Source: the human T2T-CHM13v2.0 reference genome, Homo sapiens
Direction: 5' to 3' (one strand)
NCBI RefSeq assembly: GCF_009914755.1
Contig: NC_060930.1
Length of the DNA stretch: 64,000 nucleotides
A model generated the notes under the pieces. That model was not told where the DNA came from. It searched no databases and saw nothing but the letters and a program-made list of their open reading frames with translations. Within the stretch, counting starts at the first letter, position 1, and each line of letters begins with the position of its first letter. Shown piece after piece: positions 25,641 through 40,524 of this stretch. A program made the translations under genes and the position numbers.

Positions 25641-26779
25641 CCAAAGGTAACCTGTGATTTGGGAATCATTTAGTAAGTGCTAAGGAGACATCAAACAAAA
25701 GAACTGGCAAAACAGGGTAACTGAAGAAGGCATTAAGTTTGGGAGTGGGGAGAGGTGGAAGAGCTGGGCTTTCTACCCTTCACCCCACTGACGGTGTGCC
25801 CTTTGGGGACCAGCTGGCAGCCTCAGGCCCTGGCTTATCAGGCAGCCACAGCATTATGTGCTTTCCCCATGACTTCTAGTATCCCTCTGTGGTTGCCCAA
25901 CAAGGGGCGGGCAAAGGAGGCACTGGAGAGAGCCCCTAACTCCCCGGGGCTGCAAGCACTACTCATTCCTTGCAAAGACCCAGTGGTGGCAATTACACCC
26001 ACTGGGCGGAGAGAGGTTGGTTACCTGGCAGAACTGGGCTAGGTTGTAGACTGTCTGGTTTCAAGTCTGCAAGTTCAAGCCTCCCTGCCTCCATCTGCCT
26101 GGGTCTGCCTGCCCCTGGGCTGCCCCACTGCCCCTTGCGGTTGCCTCCTCTGCTGTGGTTCCCAAGCAGCTGGCCTGGGAATCAGCTCAGCTCCACCCAA
26201 GTGCTGGTGGAGAGAAGCTGTGCTAGTGCTGCTGTATGTCAGACACCCCTCGCCGGGGCTTTTACACACGTTACCTAACTGGCTCTTCCTGTCATTCTGC
26301 CAGGCATCACTTGGCAGAGGAGGAAAGCCAGGCTCAGGGAGCTGAGGTCTGGATGTGAATTTGGGGAGCTAGCTCCCTATTCCCACTGTGTGTATCTGTG
26401 GATACCTCACTGATCATGGCTGGGATTATGCAGGAAGAGGAGGGGGCTTTAATTGGTCTCCCAGAACAGAAAAGCTGACCCAGGACTAAGGCCATCACTG
26501 GGTTAGGGGAAGGGACATGGGAGAGCCAGGTAAACACCCTGTCAGACAAGGCGTCCCGTCCTCGGGGTTAGGGAAACAGTTTTCGCGGGAGGAGGCGGCC
26601 CCTGTTCACTGGCTGGATTCTTTAACTTGGCTCCCAAATTCACACGAGACAATATTTTCATTTTCCATACAAGCCTGGAGAGTAATGGGAAAAGGGGAGC
26701 CTGCACAAAGCTCAGGCCCAGCTCTTGTTTGGGAACAGAGTAGAGTTCCCTGTCTCCATCACCGTCACCATAAAGCAGC

Positions 26780-26975
26780 TGTGATTTACGGAGGGCTTCC
26801 TATGTGCCAAGAGTTGGGTGAAGCATTTTATGTGCCTTTAGCTCATTTAGAGAGGACAGATTCTTGCTGGGAAGATACTATAATTTTTTTCCATTTTGCA
26901 ACTGAGGATTTGAGGCTTACAGAGGTTAAGAAAGTGCTAAAAACAGTGAAGCCAAGACTAGAACCCAGGCCCATC
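26780..26975 (-). mobile_element. MIR SINE
   Basis: TATGTGCCAAG...CCATTTTGCAACTGAGGA...GAGGTTAAG...AGAACCCAGG. Confidence 0.6.
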
Positions 26976-27587
26976 TGGGTCCTAATTGCTGTTCTCCGAT
27001 CTCCTGTCCCCATAAAGGCCACAGGAAAGAGGCCTGTGCATACTCCCACCCACTTCCCACCAGCTGAAAAAACAGTGCCCTAAAACCAGTCCAGCCACTC
27101 TGACCAGCTCTCATGCTGTTGCTCCAGTGAGGAAACAGCCATGTGTGCCCTTGCCCAGAGCTTCAGATGTCCAGCTGCCCCAACCCCACCTTCCCAGGTG
27201 CTCACTGTGCTGACTGAGTAATCTTGACTCCCAGACATCCCCTCATCCCCCAAGGATCTGAGGCTTCCCTTGGCAGTGGTGGGGCATCCCCTTCCTGGAG
27301 AGAGGGATCTAGATTGGGGCTTTGGGACATGCCACCCACCTTCAGACATGGGCAGGCAGGGCAAGGTGGGGGCTTCCCCTTTATGGGGTGGGGTAAGGGA
27401 AACCAAAGTCAAGATGTTAGCCTGTTGGGATCACAGCTATCTGGCACCCATAGAGCTACTCCCGGCCCTGCCTCCAGCTCCACAGCCGCCATCACTTTAG
27501 GATCACAGGACTCTTTCTTGCTCTGCAGGATACAGCCTTAACAGTCTTCCTCCATTCCAGCCTCTGCTAGACTCCTGGATTGTCAGT

Positions 27588-28023
<436 letters not shown>

Positions 28024-28475
28024 TAAAATTGGGCCCTGGAAGGGAAAATAGAGCTGACTCTCTTATGTGCGTGTGCTTGGTAGTACAGAAAGAAACTTAT
28101 CATTCCTCTCATCTCCCTTCCCAGCAACCTTGTAAGGGGTGTGGGCATGGCTATTCATTCTTATTTCATAAATAATACATTGATATTTAAGCACTTATGA
28201 AGACAAGCACCTAAATCCAAGCACTTTACTTATCTCACAAAATGCCAGTACCCTCTAAAGTTTACTGTATTTTAGTTTAAAGTATTACTACCCCCATCTT
28301 ACAGAAGCATTTGCCCAAGGTCACAGAGCTAGTTAGTTGTGGAGCTGGGATGAGGGCCCAGGTGGCTTCTAACCTCTGCACTATCTAGAGACGGGGGTGA
28401 AAGGCATGCAGGTGAGCTTCTAGGTGCAAGTGAAACGGCCTACCAGGCAATATCCACAGACATGCAGAGACTCCC

Positions 28476-28605
28476 CTAGAGTGCCAGCTTCATGGGGACA
28501 GGGCCTTTTGTTTTGTTTTTCACTGATGTATTCCCCAAACTTAGAACACTGCCTAGCACACAGTAGCTATTCAACAAATATTTACTGAATGAGTGAATAA
28601 ATACA
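28476..28605 (+). mobile_element. L2a 3' end
   Basis: CTAGAGTGCCAGCTTCATGGGGACAGGG...TGCCTAGCACACAGTAG...AAATATTTACTGAATGAGTGAAT. Confidence 0.8.
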
Positions 28606-30929
28606 TTTAAATAAATAAGGGTATATTCCCTGGCCTCAACTAACTTGTCCTCTAGTGCCCCTCCATCCCCAACCACTTCCAGCATCGTTCTGCAGTTGGC
28701 TTTTCACTAAATTCATCAGTTAAACAAGGTGGAAGCCTGAAGAGCAAGAGGGCAGGAAGGAGAGGCACAGACCCCAGCGGCGGCGGGGCTCACAGGGGCT
28801 GCTGAAACCACCAGCCTCCAACTGGTCTTGGGTTGCAGAGGTGGGGATCACCAGGTTGAGAGGAGAGGGCAGGGAGCAGGAGCTGGGGAAGGGGCAAGGT
28901 GAGGGAGGCAGACAAGAGCCCAGAGGAGAGGGTTCAAGATGGGACAGTAATCAGCAGTGGAGTGGGAGAGGTCCCTCAGGTGACTGGGACTGTCCTTCCT
29001 GCAGGGAGGCCTGTCCCCTTGGGAAACTCCACGAGGGCAGTAGATGTACCGAGAGCAGGCAAAGGAACAGAAGAGTCAATAGAAATTGCACATCTACTTC
29101 CAGCTGACCACTTTCCTTACTGAATCCCAAAGCCCCTCCTCTCTGAGGGCACTCAATCAATCCCATTGGCAGCAGGGCCTCTGCAGCTCAGGTTTAGCTC
29201 TATCTAGGAAGCCACAGGGCCATCTTCCAAATGCAGACCTGTGCTCATGGAAAAGGTGGAACCAACCTGGATTTGAATCAGAGGGGTCTCTCGATGGCTG
29301 GCAGCAAGCCTCTGGGTAAATAACTCAGCCTCTCAGCCTTACTTTCTCTGTCTGTAAAATAACACCTACTCTGCACACATGAAAAGAACCTAGGACTCAG
29401 TAAGCACTGGATAAATGTATCTGCAATCAATATTGTGATTCACACGTGTGTCCGTCAGGAACAAGACCCTGCAGAGATCTGAGACCCAGGAGCAAAGCTG
29501 CTCACCCCCAAAGCTGAAGCAGATGGGCTGGCATGTCCTGGACAAGCAGTAGAGAAGGACTAGGGATTTCAAGCCCTGTGCCTGGAAGACAGGAAAGGGT
29601 GAGAACACTGTCCCTAACCTTCTTCACAACTGCCAACTCTTCCCATTTCCCCATTTTACCAGAGAAAACTGTCGATTTTCAGCCTGATCCATCAGCTCCC
29701 TCAGGCCACATGGAGGAAGGGACTGTGGTTCCAGAGATGTTCCCTGGCCACCTGATGGCTGGGAGTCAGGGGCAGAGGGAAACGGGCAAGCCCAAGATGC
29801 CTCACCCCATCCCTCAGAGGCCCCATCTCTCCTGGCCTCTGCCCCTCAGAGGCTCACAGCCACCCTGGCCAGTTTCTCGTCCAACCAAGCAAGTTGGGCA
29901 GGGCTGCTGAGGGAAAGAAATGCCACCACTGGTCCCATCCTGTCTTCACCACTTCCCCCCCATCACCCCTGGCAGCCGCCAGTACCTCCCCAGGTGAGGC
30001 TGAGGCCAGGAGGTGTTAGATGGCAGCTTCTCTGAACTCTAGTCCAACTCCCTCCCAGCCCCCACCCAGCGTGAACATGAAGCAAGACAATGGGCAGTGG
30101 CTCTCGGTACAGGCTGCCCAGTAGATCCCCTTGGAGGTTAAATAAATGCTATGCCTGGTCCCCAACTGCAGATATTCTGTTGACCTGGCACAACTTTTAA
30201 AAAGCTCCAGAAGTGATTCTAATATGCAGGGGCTGCCCTAGTGGAAGCTGACAGGGGGAGGGAGGCTCAGGCCTTCTCCATCTTCCTGTCTAAAAAGGAG
30301 TATGCAGGGCAGAGAGAAGGAATTCTTGGTATTTTCCTCACTGCCTCTCCCCCCGGGTCAGGTGACCAGGGTGTGGCTCGGAGGGCAGCTGTAGTTTACG
30401 AGCAAGGTATTGGCAAGGGCCCAGTGGTGCCACCCTGATACCTGCACCAGCAGCCAACCCAGCTCGCCTGAGCTTTGTCTCTCCCAGGGAAGGAGCAGAT
30501 ACTGGACGAAAGGCAGCAGGGCCACACCCGTCTCCTCGAAGACCAGAGCTGGGCTGTTGCAAAGCGGACTTTGTTAACTTGTGGTTGCTTATCTCTTTTC
30601 TCAGATTTGCTCTGATATCTATCTGGAGTATGGATCACATTTGAGAAGAAGGCAGGCAGGCCAAATCAATGGCTGGAGGCTTTGGTGTGCTAGGACGTCG
30701 GCGCAGGGCCTAAAAACCCAGGCTCAGCTCAGCTCTGCCAGTACTGTCTTGAGATCCTCGAAGAATCTTTGATTGCTTTGCCTGCCTGCTTCTCTGTACA
30801 ATGAGGAGGTTGGACTATGACTACTGGAGTCCCCCTGCCTGGGCAGGTGATACCTCCCCTACCTCCTCTCCATAGCACATTCAAGAAAATGCATTTCTAT
30901 CCTCAGGACTTAGCTCATCAGTCACCATA

Positions 30930-31113
30930 CTACTTCTTAACCTGGACTACAAACTGAGATCATCTGAGAGAGCTTGGAAAAATACTCCTGCCCGGGTCCT
31001 GCCCCTAGAGATGCCAAGAGAAATAGTCTGGGGCTTGAACTGCGAACCAGGATGCTGCAAAGCTCCCCCAGGTGATTCTAATCTTATGTTCAGCCAAGTT
31101 TCAAACGCACTGC
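30930..31113. mobile_element. MER5B-like hAT element
   Basis: CTTCTTAACCTGGACT...AAAGCTCCCCCAGGTGATTCTAA...CAGCCAAGTTTCAAA. Confidence 0.6.
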
Positions 31114-32515
31114 CCTAGATCCAATCCATTCTCCCTCATTAGGGACTTGAGCGCAGCCCCACCCCTGACATTAGCACGGGGCAGGCTGTGCATGCACACA
31201 GGCAGAACTGTCCTCTTGTCCACCTTTGGGCTTCCCCCAGCCTGCCCTCCTGGGCCATCTCTCAGCAGTCTCTGCAGAGCCCAGAGGCACTGCTAGGTCT
31301 CACGCTCAGGAGGGCAAGCCCCTGCCAGATGGGAGCAGGTTTTCAGCAGAAACCCTGGGCTTCTGACTTTCACAGGCCTGGGAGCCCTGTCCTCACTGGG
31401 AGGAACAAAGAAAACAAGGCAGGTGACCCTGCCCGCATTGTTCTCAGGCTGGGACGGTAATCCCCCAGGGCAGGGGGGCAGCTGGGCATCCCTCCTGTGA
31501 GAACAAGCCCAGGGCAGAGCTGACCTGAGGTTGCAGGTTTGGCTAAGGCAAGCAGTGAAGGGCTGGTGGGGCCCAAGCTCAGGATGGAATGTCAGCGTGA
31601 GCTCTCAGGCACCTGGAGGGCTGAGCTGGTCAGTGACTGACACTGGAAATCCCTGTGCGGGCAGACACAGGGGACCTCGAGGGCCCCTTCCTGGTCCCAC
31701 AGCACTGCTGTGTGCCTGAGAAGTGGGCCTGGGGAGCAGGAAAGAGCCCCCTCCCTCTCAAACACACATACCAGATGACCCTCTGAGGCCATGCTCTCAA
31801 AATCTACCCCTGCCTCATCTTCTCAGGGAAGGTGGGATGTGTCCAGGGAGGCTTAAATGACAAGAGGGACATCCTTCATTTACCTATAGCTTCTCTACCC
31901 CAATTCACAACCACTGCCCTGCCCAGGGTGGCTATGGCCCAGGTCCATGGTCCTGTGCTGGTGTCTCTGCCCTATCTGGGACACTGAGGCCTGGATTTGT
32001 GACTTTGTCCCCTTCTCTGCCCCCAGAGTTCAGATCCCAGGGGTGTCTGACACCTCTCTGCCCTGAGCGATGCCAAGGGGTGTCTCCCAATTAGTGGGAC
32101 AACAGTGTCAGTAGGGACAGGAAACAGTTTTAGCTGGGATCCCTTGAGCCTGTCCAGCTGGGCAGAGCAGCCTCCTCCATTCCTCCATAAGGCTGTGGGT
32201 CACTAGGAAGAGGCCTTACTTCTAAGGTGGGGTTAGAGAGCTCTAGCCCAAGCCCCTGCACTTGGATTGGGCCCCTGGCACATTGTCCTTTCCAGGGAAG
32301 CCAGCAGTGCTCTCAGGCCTGGCTCATTCCTCCCCGACTTGGTTAATAAGGGCCTGAGTTAGCATTTCCCCACCAAAACCCCACATTCATCAAGCACCTC
32401 TCACACCCATAACTCCTCTTCCACCGTCTAATCTGAGACCTAAGACCCTGAAGGGAAACCAGACAAAATGGATACACTATTCCCATTCTGTAGATGAGGA
32501 ATCTATAGAGAGGCT

Positions 32516-32570
32516 AGAAAGATGGTGAAGCCAAACAGAAAGATGGTGAAGCCAAACAGCAAGCTGGTGA
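32516..32570. repeat. 21-bp tandem duplication (2.6 copies) within a MIR remnant
   Basis: AGAAAGATGGTGAAGCCAAAC x2 exact, then AGCAAGCTGGTGA. Confidence 0.9.
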
Positions 32571-33529
32571 CCCAGCAGAGCAGGTGAGGCCCTGTCCACA
32601 GAACAACCAGCCCTCCACTTGCCACCCGGAACTGGGCTGAGAAACACCAACCAAAGCACAGCAGGGAATGTGCAGGTAGACACTGGTGACATAGCAGAGA
32701 TAAAGGGCTGTGCTGTGCGGTCATACCCACGGATCTGACCTGACTATATGAGTTAGGGTAAGCGCGTGCCTACGCTCCCTACCCCATTCCCCTGCAGATG
32801 CCTCAGATTTACCTTGACCTTGGGGTGGGGTCAAGGATCAGCTACAGGAAGCCACCAGCCACTCAAGGTTTCTAAAAACAGTCCTTGGAGCAGGCCAGAA
32901 AGGTGGCTGTGGGAACTGCTGACTCATCACCTTCCCATCCCGGGCCAATGACCTGAGGGAGGTGCAGTTCCCGGGCCGCCCAGCTGCCCCTCGCGTGCTG
33001 GCCTGCTTCCTGTCCTCCCAAACCCAGCTCTGCACTGGCACACAAGCTGGGCTGGCCAGTCTCTCCAACACAAATATCAAGTGTGGGGCCCTCTCTGAGC
33101 AGCACAGGGGAGAGGGCAGAGGGGAAAGGCCACATCTGGGTTCAAAATCCTGACTCCAGCATCCACTAGCGGGTTACCTGGGGCATGTCTTATCACCTCT
33201 CTGAGCTTAACACTCCGTATCTGGAAAACAAGAGTCATGGCTTCACTGTGTTGGCGCGTCGATTACAAAAAAATGATGAACAGCTCAGTGCTGGGCACAT
33301 GGGGCGTGTTCCAGAAACGAGCACTGGGAAGGAAAATAAATGTGACTATTATTGCTCTGTGAATAGAACAAGGGGCTTGGGGAGGACACCTCCATTCTGA
33401 GGGTCTGTGTCTGCTGCATGTGGCCTCCAGAGCTGGGGAGCTGGGCTAGGTGTTGACAGCAATGCCCTCCTTCCATTTACCACCTCCTGGGCATGGGCCA
33501 GTCCCTCCGGCTCAGCAGTTCACCCCCCT

Positions 33530-33822
33530 GTGCCTTTGCAGGTGCCTTTCTGCAGCTCACTCTTACTTCAATCAGGTTTCACCTGAATGTCCCCTCCTGA
33601 AAGAGGCCATGCCACCTGGAATATTAAGCCTCCGTCCCGCTCCCGCTCCTCACCTCACTGCACTCATCACTACCTGACATTCTACTAGGCATCTGTTTCT
33701 CTGGCTTCCTAGTTATCTACCCTAAATAGATCATGAGCCCTACAAGGAGAGACTCATGGATCCCTTAATCACAGAACAGAACCTAGCTCTAGTATGTGCT
33801 CAAGTATTTGCCAATGAATGAC
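33530..33822 (+). mobile_element. L2 3' fragment
   Basis: TGTGCCTTTGCA...AATGTCCCCTCCTGAAAGAGGCC...TGTGCTCAAGTATTTGCCAATGAATGA. Confidence 0.55.
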
Positions 33823-35228
33823 TGAGTCTCCAAGACGTGTGCCTTCCAAGGCTGGACGGTGGGCTCTAGCTCCACTGGAGAAGGCAGGGAGCCCAGACAG
33901 GTGCAGGCACAGTGCGGGTTGATGACTGTTTCCAGGCCCCGGGGTCTCCTCCCTACCCTACCTGTTTGCAAGCCCAAAGCCCCCAGAGGTTCTAGCCCTG
34001 GTGAGTCAGTTCCCCTGCGGACTCTGGAACCATCAGGATTCCAGAGGAAGCAGGCAGGTGGGTGGCGGGGGTGGGGGGTAGGAGCTGAGGGATACCAGGG
34101 TGTTTGAAGGCCTGATGGCCCCAGCTCTCCCCATGCATTGCTGCTGATTTCCTGCCCTTCCAGCAGTGGGAAGGAAGGATGCTCTGATCCATGAGGCTCT
34201 TTAGTCCTTGTGGCTGCCAGTCCTGTTCTCCTGGACACATCTGCCTGCCCTGGGCCCCCTTGCCGGGGGCTCTAAGGACAAGTCTCACCACCGCCAATAC
34301 CGCCAGACTCCTACCTCCCTGGGAGGAAGCTGGCTCCTGACCCTTGTGCCACATTTGTCTCTCTAGGTTACACCTGTATCCTTGAACACAGTTGGGGCTG
34401 ACACTACCCTACCTCTTGCCTCTCAGAATGCCCCTGACAACCTAGCAAATTCCCCAACCCAGGGGCCTCCTCACCTGCTCTTCCCTCCTCCCTCTCCCCC
34501 TGTGCCTGTGGCTGGCAGCTTAGGGTAATAAGTAACTGCCATCCTTGAGGGCTGAGGTTCTGATAAGAGATTATTAAGCCTACCCATTTATTACAGTTTG
34601 TTTAAGATTATCAAGTGGTTAAACTGTAAACCTCTTCATTAATTAAAAAAGAAAAGCCTATGAGGAACCAGGATGGGATTAATCCTGTACCAGGGGTGGG
34701 GCCACTGGGTTTCTCTACCCCTATGAAGTAAGCTCCCTGCCTGCTTAATACACAACATTCCCCTTCCCACCCAAACCGGGCCCCCAGGGAGCTCATTCAA
34801 GGAGCTGGTTTTCTCATCCACCCACGGCCTCTGAGCATGATCTTGCCCCCATCTTTCTTCTCAAAGCCCCCTGCAGGATCCTCCTGAGAGCCAACCACCT
34901 GTCCCGAAATCCTTCCTTATTGTCTGACTCTAACCTAAATCCCTCCGGCTGCAGTCCAAGCCCATTTCCTTTGGTTCAGTCTGCGTCTGAGACAGACAAC
35001 AGCTGGCCTCCATCCTCTCTGGAATAAATTGTATAAGAAACTACCAGCAAACCAGCACAGACATCTTGGGATGGATGGCATTCTGTGCAGGGGGGGAGGG
35101 GGCTTTCTGCCATGATGACCCCCAGATCCTGAACGCAAACCCCACCAGAAGACTGAGTCACAATTAGAGACAAGAGCAAGATCTCGATGCCCAACAACCT
35201 CAAAATCACTGGGCAAGATGCAAAAGGA

Positions 35229-35521
35229 GGCTGGGCACAGTGGCTCATGCCTATAATCCCAGCACTTTGGGAGGCCGAAACTGGCAGATCATCTGAGGTC
35301 AGGAGTTTGAGACCAGCCTGACCAACATGGTGAAACCCCATCTCTACTAAAAATGCAAAAATTAGCTGGGCATGGTGGTGCATGCCTGTGGTCCCAGCTA
35401 CTCAGGAGGCTGAAGCAGGGAGAAGTGCTGGAACCCGGGAGATGGAGGTTGCAGTGAGCTGAGATCACACCACTGTACTCCAGCCTGGGTGACAGAGAGA
35501 GATTCAGTCTCAAAAAAAAAA
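35229..35521 (+). mobile_element. Alu (AluSx-like)
   Basis: Full dimer; TSD GCAAAAGGA. Confidence 0.95.
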
Positions 35522-38089
35522 GCAAAAGGAGTATTTAGGAGTATTACCCTAAAGTTCAGGCTCCCTGACTCAGATCTCAGGCCACACATCAGTTACCCCA
35601 GGGGCTCTGGTCACCAAGGCCCCCATTTGGAAACCACAGGGTTGCAATTCAAAGACGATCCCCAAATAGTGTAGGAAAGAAGAGGGAGCCTATACATGTG
35701 GCTGCTATCCCCTGACCATGCACTACCCCTGCCCTCACCATCCAGGTATGCCAGGAAGCAGACAGGCCAGCCAGGCACAGCTGTCCTGCCTCTTCTGCCC
35801 TGTATGCATTGCCCCCGCCCACCATCCATCCCCAGCCAACTGGGGCGTGGGACGTGACTGGGATTAAGAAACAGAGCCATTTTGTGCTGAAGGTATGGAA
35901 AAATACTGCCAGGCCCTCCTAGTACAGAGAGGCTAGGCTGAGGTGAGGGATGGGGTGGGGGTTGGAAAAACCTCCAACTCCCCTAACCTGGGGCCCAGGA
36001 TGAGAGGCCAGGCAACAGGAAATGGAAATTCTTCACTCTGAGACATAGCCCCATTGTGAAATGCGAGAGGCAGAAGGAACGAGGGCCATGCCTCAGACAC
36101 ACACACATCCTTTCTCTCCTCCACAAGGGCTGGGATTTTAAGCACAGACGTTTCCAAGCCTGTTTAACCCCTAACACCCAACCAGGCTCTGGCAAGGCCT
36201 CAGCCTTCCTGGTGGAGTGAAAGAACATTTGACAGATGAGCCTGTATAGCATTGGCTACTCCCTAGCCTGGAGTCATGACTGCGCTTTCTTCACCTGTAA
36301 AACGGGAACGATGCCACCTCCTCATCAATTCTCAAGGTTATGGATCAAAAGGCTCGATAGAGAGCAGGAAGGCTGGTGCATAGGCAAGTTAGAGATGCTC
36401 CCGATGCATGAACTTGTTTACAAACGTCCAGGGTTGTGGGGTAAGAGTGCTTTGTATGTGGCCGGGAGGATATAATGAAAGAAGGGAAAGTAATGTGTCA
36501 GGTTTCTAAGTCAGGCAGGGGAGCAGGCCCTATGCCTCACACAGCTGCATCCTGTCCCCCTGTGAACTGTTTTCAGTGAGTGGTAACAGGGGCAGCCACT
36601 TGTCAGACTTGCCCAGGGAGGTCCGTCTCCCCTCAAGCCTGCTGAAGCAGAGCCCTTCATCCCGGGCTGCTGAGAGCTAAACAACTGACCAAGCAGTGGA
36701 CTGCCAGGACACAGTCCCTTGGCCCTCTCCCCATGTGTAAAATTAGGCTCCTGGCTACTTCCCAGGAAGAGTAGGGGAACAGGAGGGCAAGGTGGTAGAA
36801 CAGGGGGTTCTCGTCACCTTCACTCCCCCTAGGGACCCCTGGGCCATGCCCCTCTTTGGAGGCACAAAAATGTAGCTGGGCACACCTGCTATAAATGCCA
36901 GATCTAGCCAGGCACCAGCTCCCCGACCCATGCACAGGGCAACCCACCCAACCTATTAACCCAACAACGATGGGGCCAGAGTCATGGACAAACTTCTGTT
37001 GCTCAATGAAGCTCAAACCAGGGTCGACTGATTCATCAAGTGTTTGCTGAACACCAACCATGTGCCCAGGCACTGGGCAAAATAAAGGAAGTGCAAGACA
37101 CAGACCCTGCTCAGGAGGATCTCATAGTTTAACAAGAGACAGGCAGGAGTCGGGAAAGAGGGACATGACAGCAGAAGATGGCAGAGAAAGCAGCCAACAA
37201 ACCAACAGCGAGGCCAGGACAGTCCCAGGGGCTCACTCCATGCTCCTTCAAGCCCAAGCAATGGAGCATGAAGCAGAGCAAGAAGCCAAAACACAGATGG
37301 GGAACTGAGGCTCAAAAGACATGAATGAACAAGGACCAGAGCAATTTCCCAGTCAGGTGTTCCACCCATCCTAAAAACAGTGCCCGCCCCTCCTCCCCTT
37401 CCCCTACTCCACCTTTCCTGGCCCGGGACCCCCACCATGGGCCCTAAAAAAACCTGGAAAACTGAAAATTTTAGCCGTCCCCTTCTTCCATTCCTTCTAG
37501 ATTTGTGGTGGGAAGATAGTTTTCACCCTAAGAAGAGAAATACCTGCTTAGCTGGTAAAATCACCTGATCAGTGTACATTATGAACCATAAGAGCTGAGG
37601 GATACTTGGTGCTTCCCCGCAGAGTGGGGAGGCTGGGCTGGAGCAGGCCATTAGAAGGAATCTGGAGACTATGAGCAACAAGTCAGAGATCAATGAAAAA
37701 GGATTCTCTTTCTACAGCCTGGTCCACCTCCAAGGGAGCCACTGCTGAACAATCTGAGTCCACGAGGACTGACCTGGCAAGGCAATCACACGGCTTGCAC
37801 AAACACATGCTTTCTGTCAGCTGGTCCAGGGGGTGCGCTCGCCTCGGCTGTGCTTACAAGTTTTCCAGTGGATAGGACCAGAGCAGAAATGAAAGCTGAC
37901 GAGGCGCAGAGGGAGGCCAGATGTGGCATTAGAAACCTCGGGTTCTGGCCCAATACTCTAGTACTGCCCAAGAGAACTCTCCGATGATGGAAATGCTCTG
38001 TATTTGCGCAGTCCCCACTGGCTACGGAGCACTAGAAATGTAGCCAGTGACTGGAGAACTAAAATTGAATTTTATTAGTTTTAATTTTA

Positions 38090-38722
<633 letters not shown>

Positions 38723-39396
38723 AGTAAGCAGGCGTAATGATTAGTAATATCAAGTCAAAAAGGTAAAATTGCATAGCGGCATGTGGGTAGTGACTACCAT
38801 ACTAGTACCAAGACTGTATCAAGCACATCCTACCTGCAGCCTCCTTTGGCAGAGCCTGCCTCCCCTGGACCCTCAGGATGACCCATGCCATGGGCCACTG
38901 TCCATAGCACATTCCTGACTTTGGATTACAAACAGTCCTGTGCTGTTTCAAGTCTTGCCTGTGCTTGTGTTTTTCGTTCATCTGAAGGACAGGGCAAGTC
39001 TTGGGCCCCCACGGGACCGGGTGGAGCTGAGAGCACAGTGGGTCCAAGGCTGCACTTGTCCATGGGCCTCTGCAGGACTCCCCTCCCAGACCACACCCCC
39101 ACCACCTTTGTGTGGGAAATGGATCAACACTGGAAACAGCCGGATGGGTGTCCCTGGCCCTGCCACACTCTCTTCTTGGTGACTCTCTGTCCTGGTATAC
39201 TACCTCCAACTTGGTCTGCAGACCAAAGGCTCACCTAGTTTCTCTTGTCCTTCTCCTCAAAGCATTCCACAGCACTGCTGCCAAGGAAGCTAGCAGTCTG
39301 CTAGCTAAATTTAAAGACTCAAAAGACAAGAACGAACTAGGCTCGAAAGACATGAATGAACTAGGACCAGAGCATCTCCCAGTCAGGTGTTCAATA

Positions 39397-39532
39397 CAGT
39401 CCCCGGGAACCAATCCAGGTTGGTATCCTTGGAGGGGGATTGGTTCCAAGACCCCCTGTGGATACCCAGATCTGCAGTGCTCAAGTCCCACAGTCAGTCC
39501 TTTGGAGCCCACAGATACGAAGGGTCAACTAT
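39397..39532. mobile_element. MER2/MER8-like Tigger MITE remnant
   Basis: TA-CAGT start; GGTATCC..GGGGGATTGGTTCCAAGACCCCCTGTGGATACC...GCTCAAGTCCC; end GATACGAAGGGTCAACTA-TA. Confidence 0.7.
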
Positions 39533-40128
39533 ACACTGTTAGTGATTACAAAAGTGATACTGGTTTTCAGAGTATGTTCTGCTAAAACCAGATGTTTGTA
39601 TACCTCACACATTAAAAATAACCAGTGTGGAAGTGGGTAATGGTACATGCATGTATTTTATCCCTTAAAAAATTGAGTTATTTGTTATAAAAGCAATACA
39701 ACCACATTACAGAAAATGTGAGAGGCAGAGAAAGAAAAAGTCATCAATAATCCTGTCTCCCCAACTCGGCCCTGCCTGGCTTCTGTTTTTAAATTGAGTT
39801 TCTATGACGCAATATTAACGGAGAGAACCACACACTTTAACTTGCATCTTCCTGCTTTCCTCACCCTCCTCATCTTGATTTTGTATAACTTGAAGTCTGG
39901 TTCATGCCTCAGGCCCACTTTGAGAAACACCAAATGGAAGCACCAGGTCCCTATTCCAGCCTGTCTAAGGGTCTCCCATGCCACAGGCCAGAGCCCACCA
40001 GTTCAATAAGCACAGATTAAATTGTGTGCAGAGCAGTGGGGAAGAGGGGTGTAAGAATGTGTATACACGGGTGGGAAGCCGGCCTCAGGCAGCTTAGAGT
40101 CTAGGGAAAATTTTAAGATGTGTACACA

Positions 40129-40524
<396 letters not shown>

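Noticed and set aside
30356-30367. GGTCA-GG-TGACC as an oestrogen response element
   Set aside because: Spacer is 2 nt, not the 3 nt of an ERE; I saw no perfect ERE by eye, though the scan was not exhaustive.
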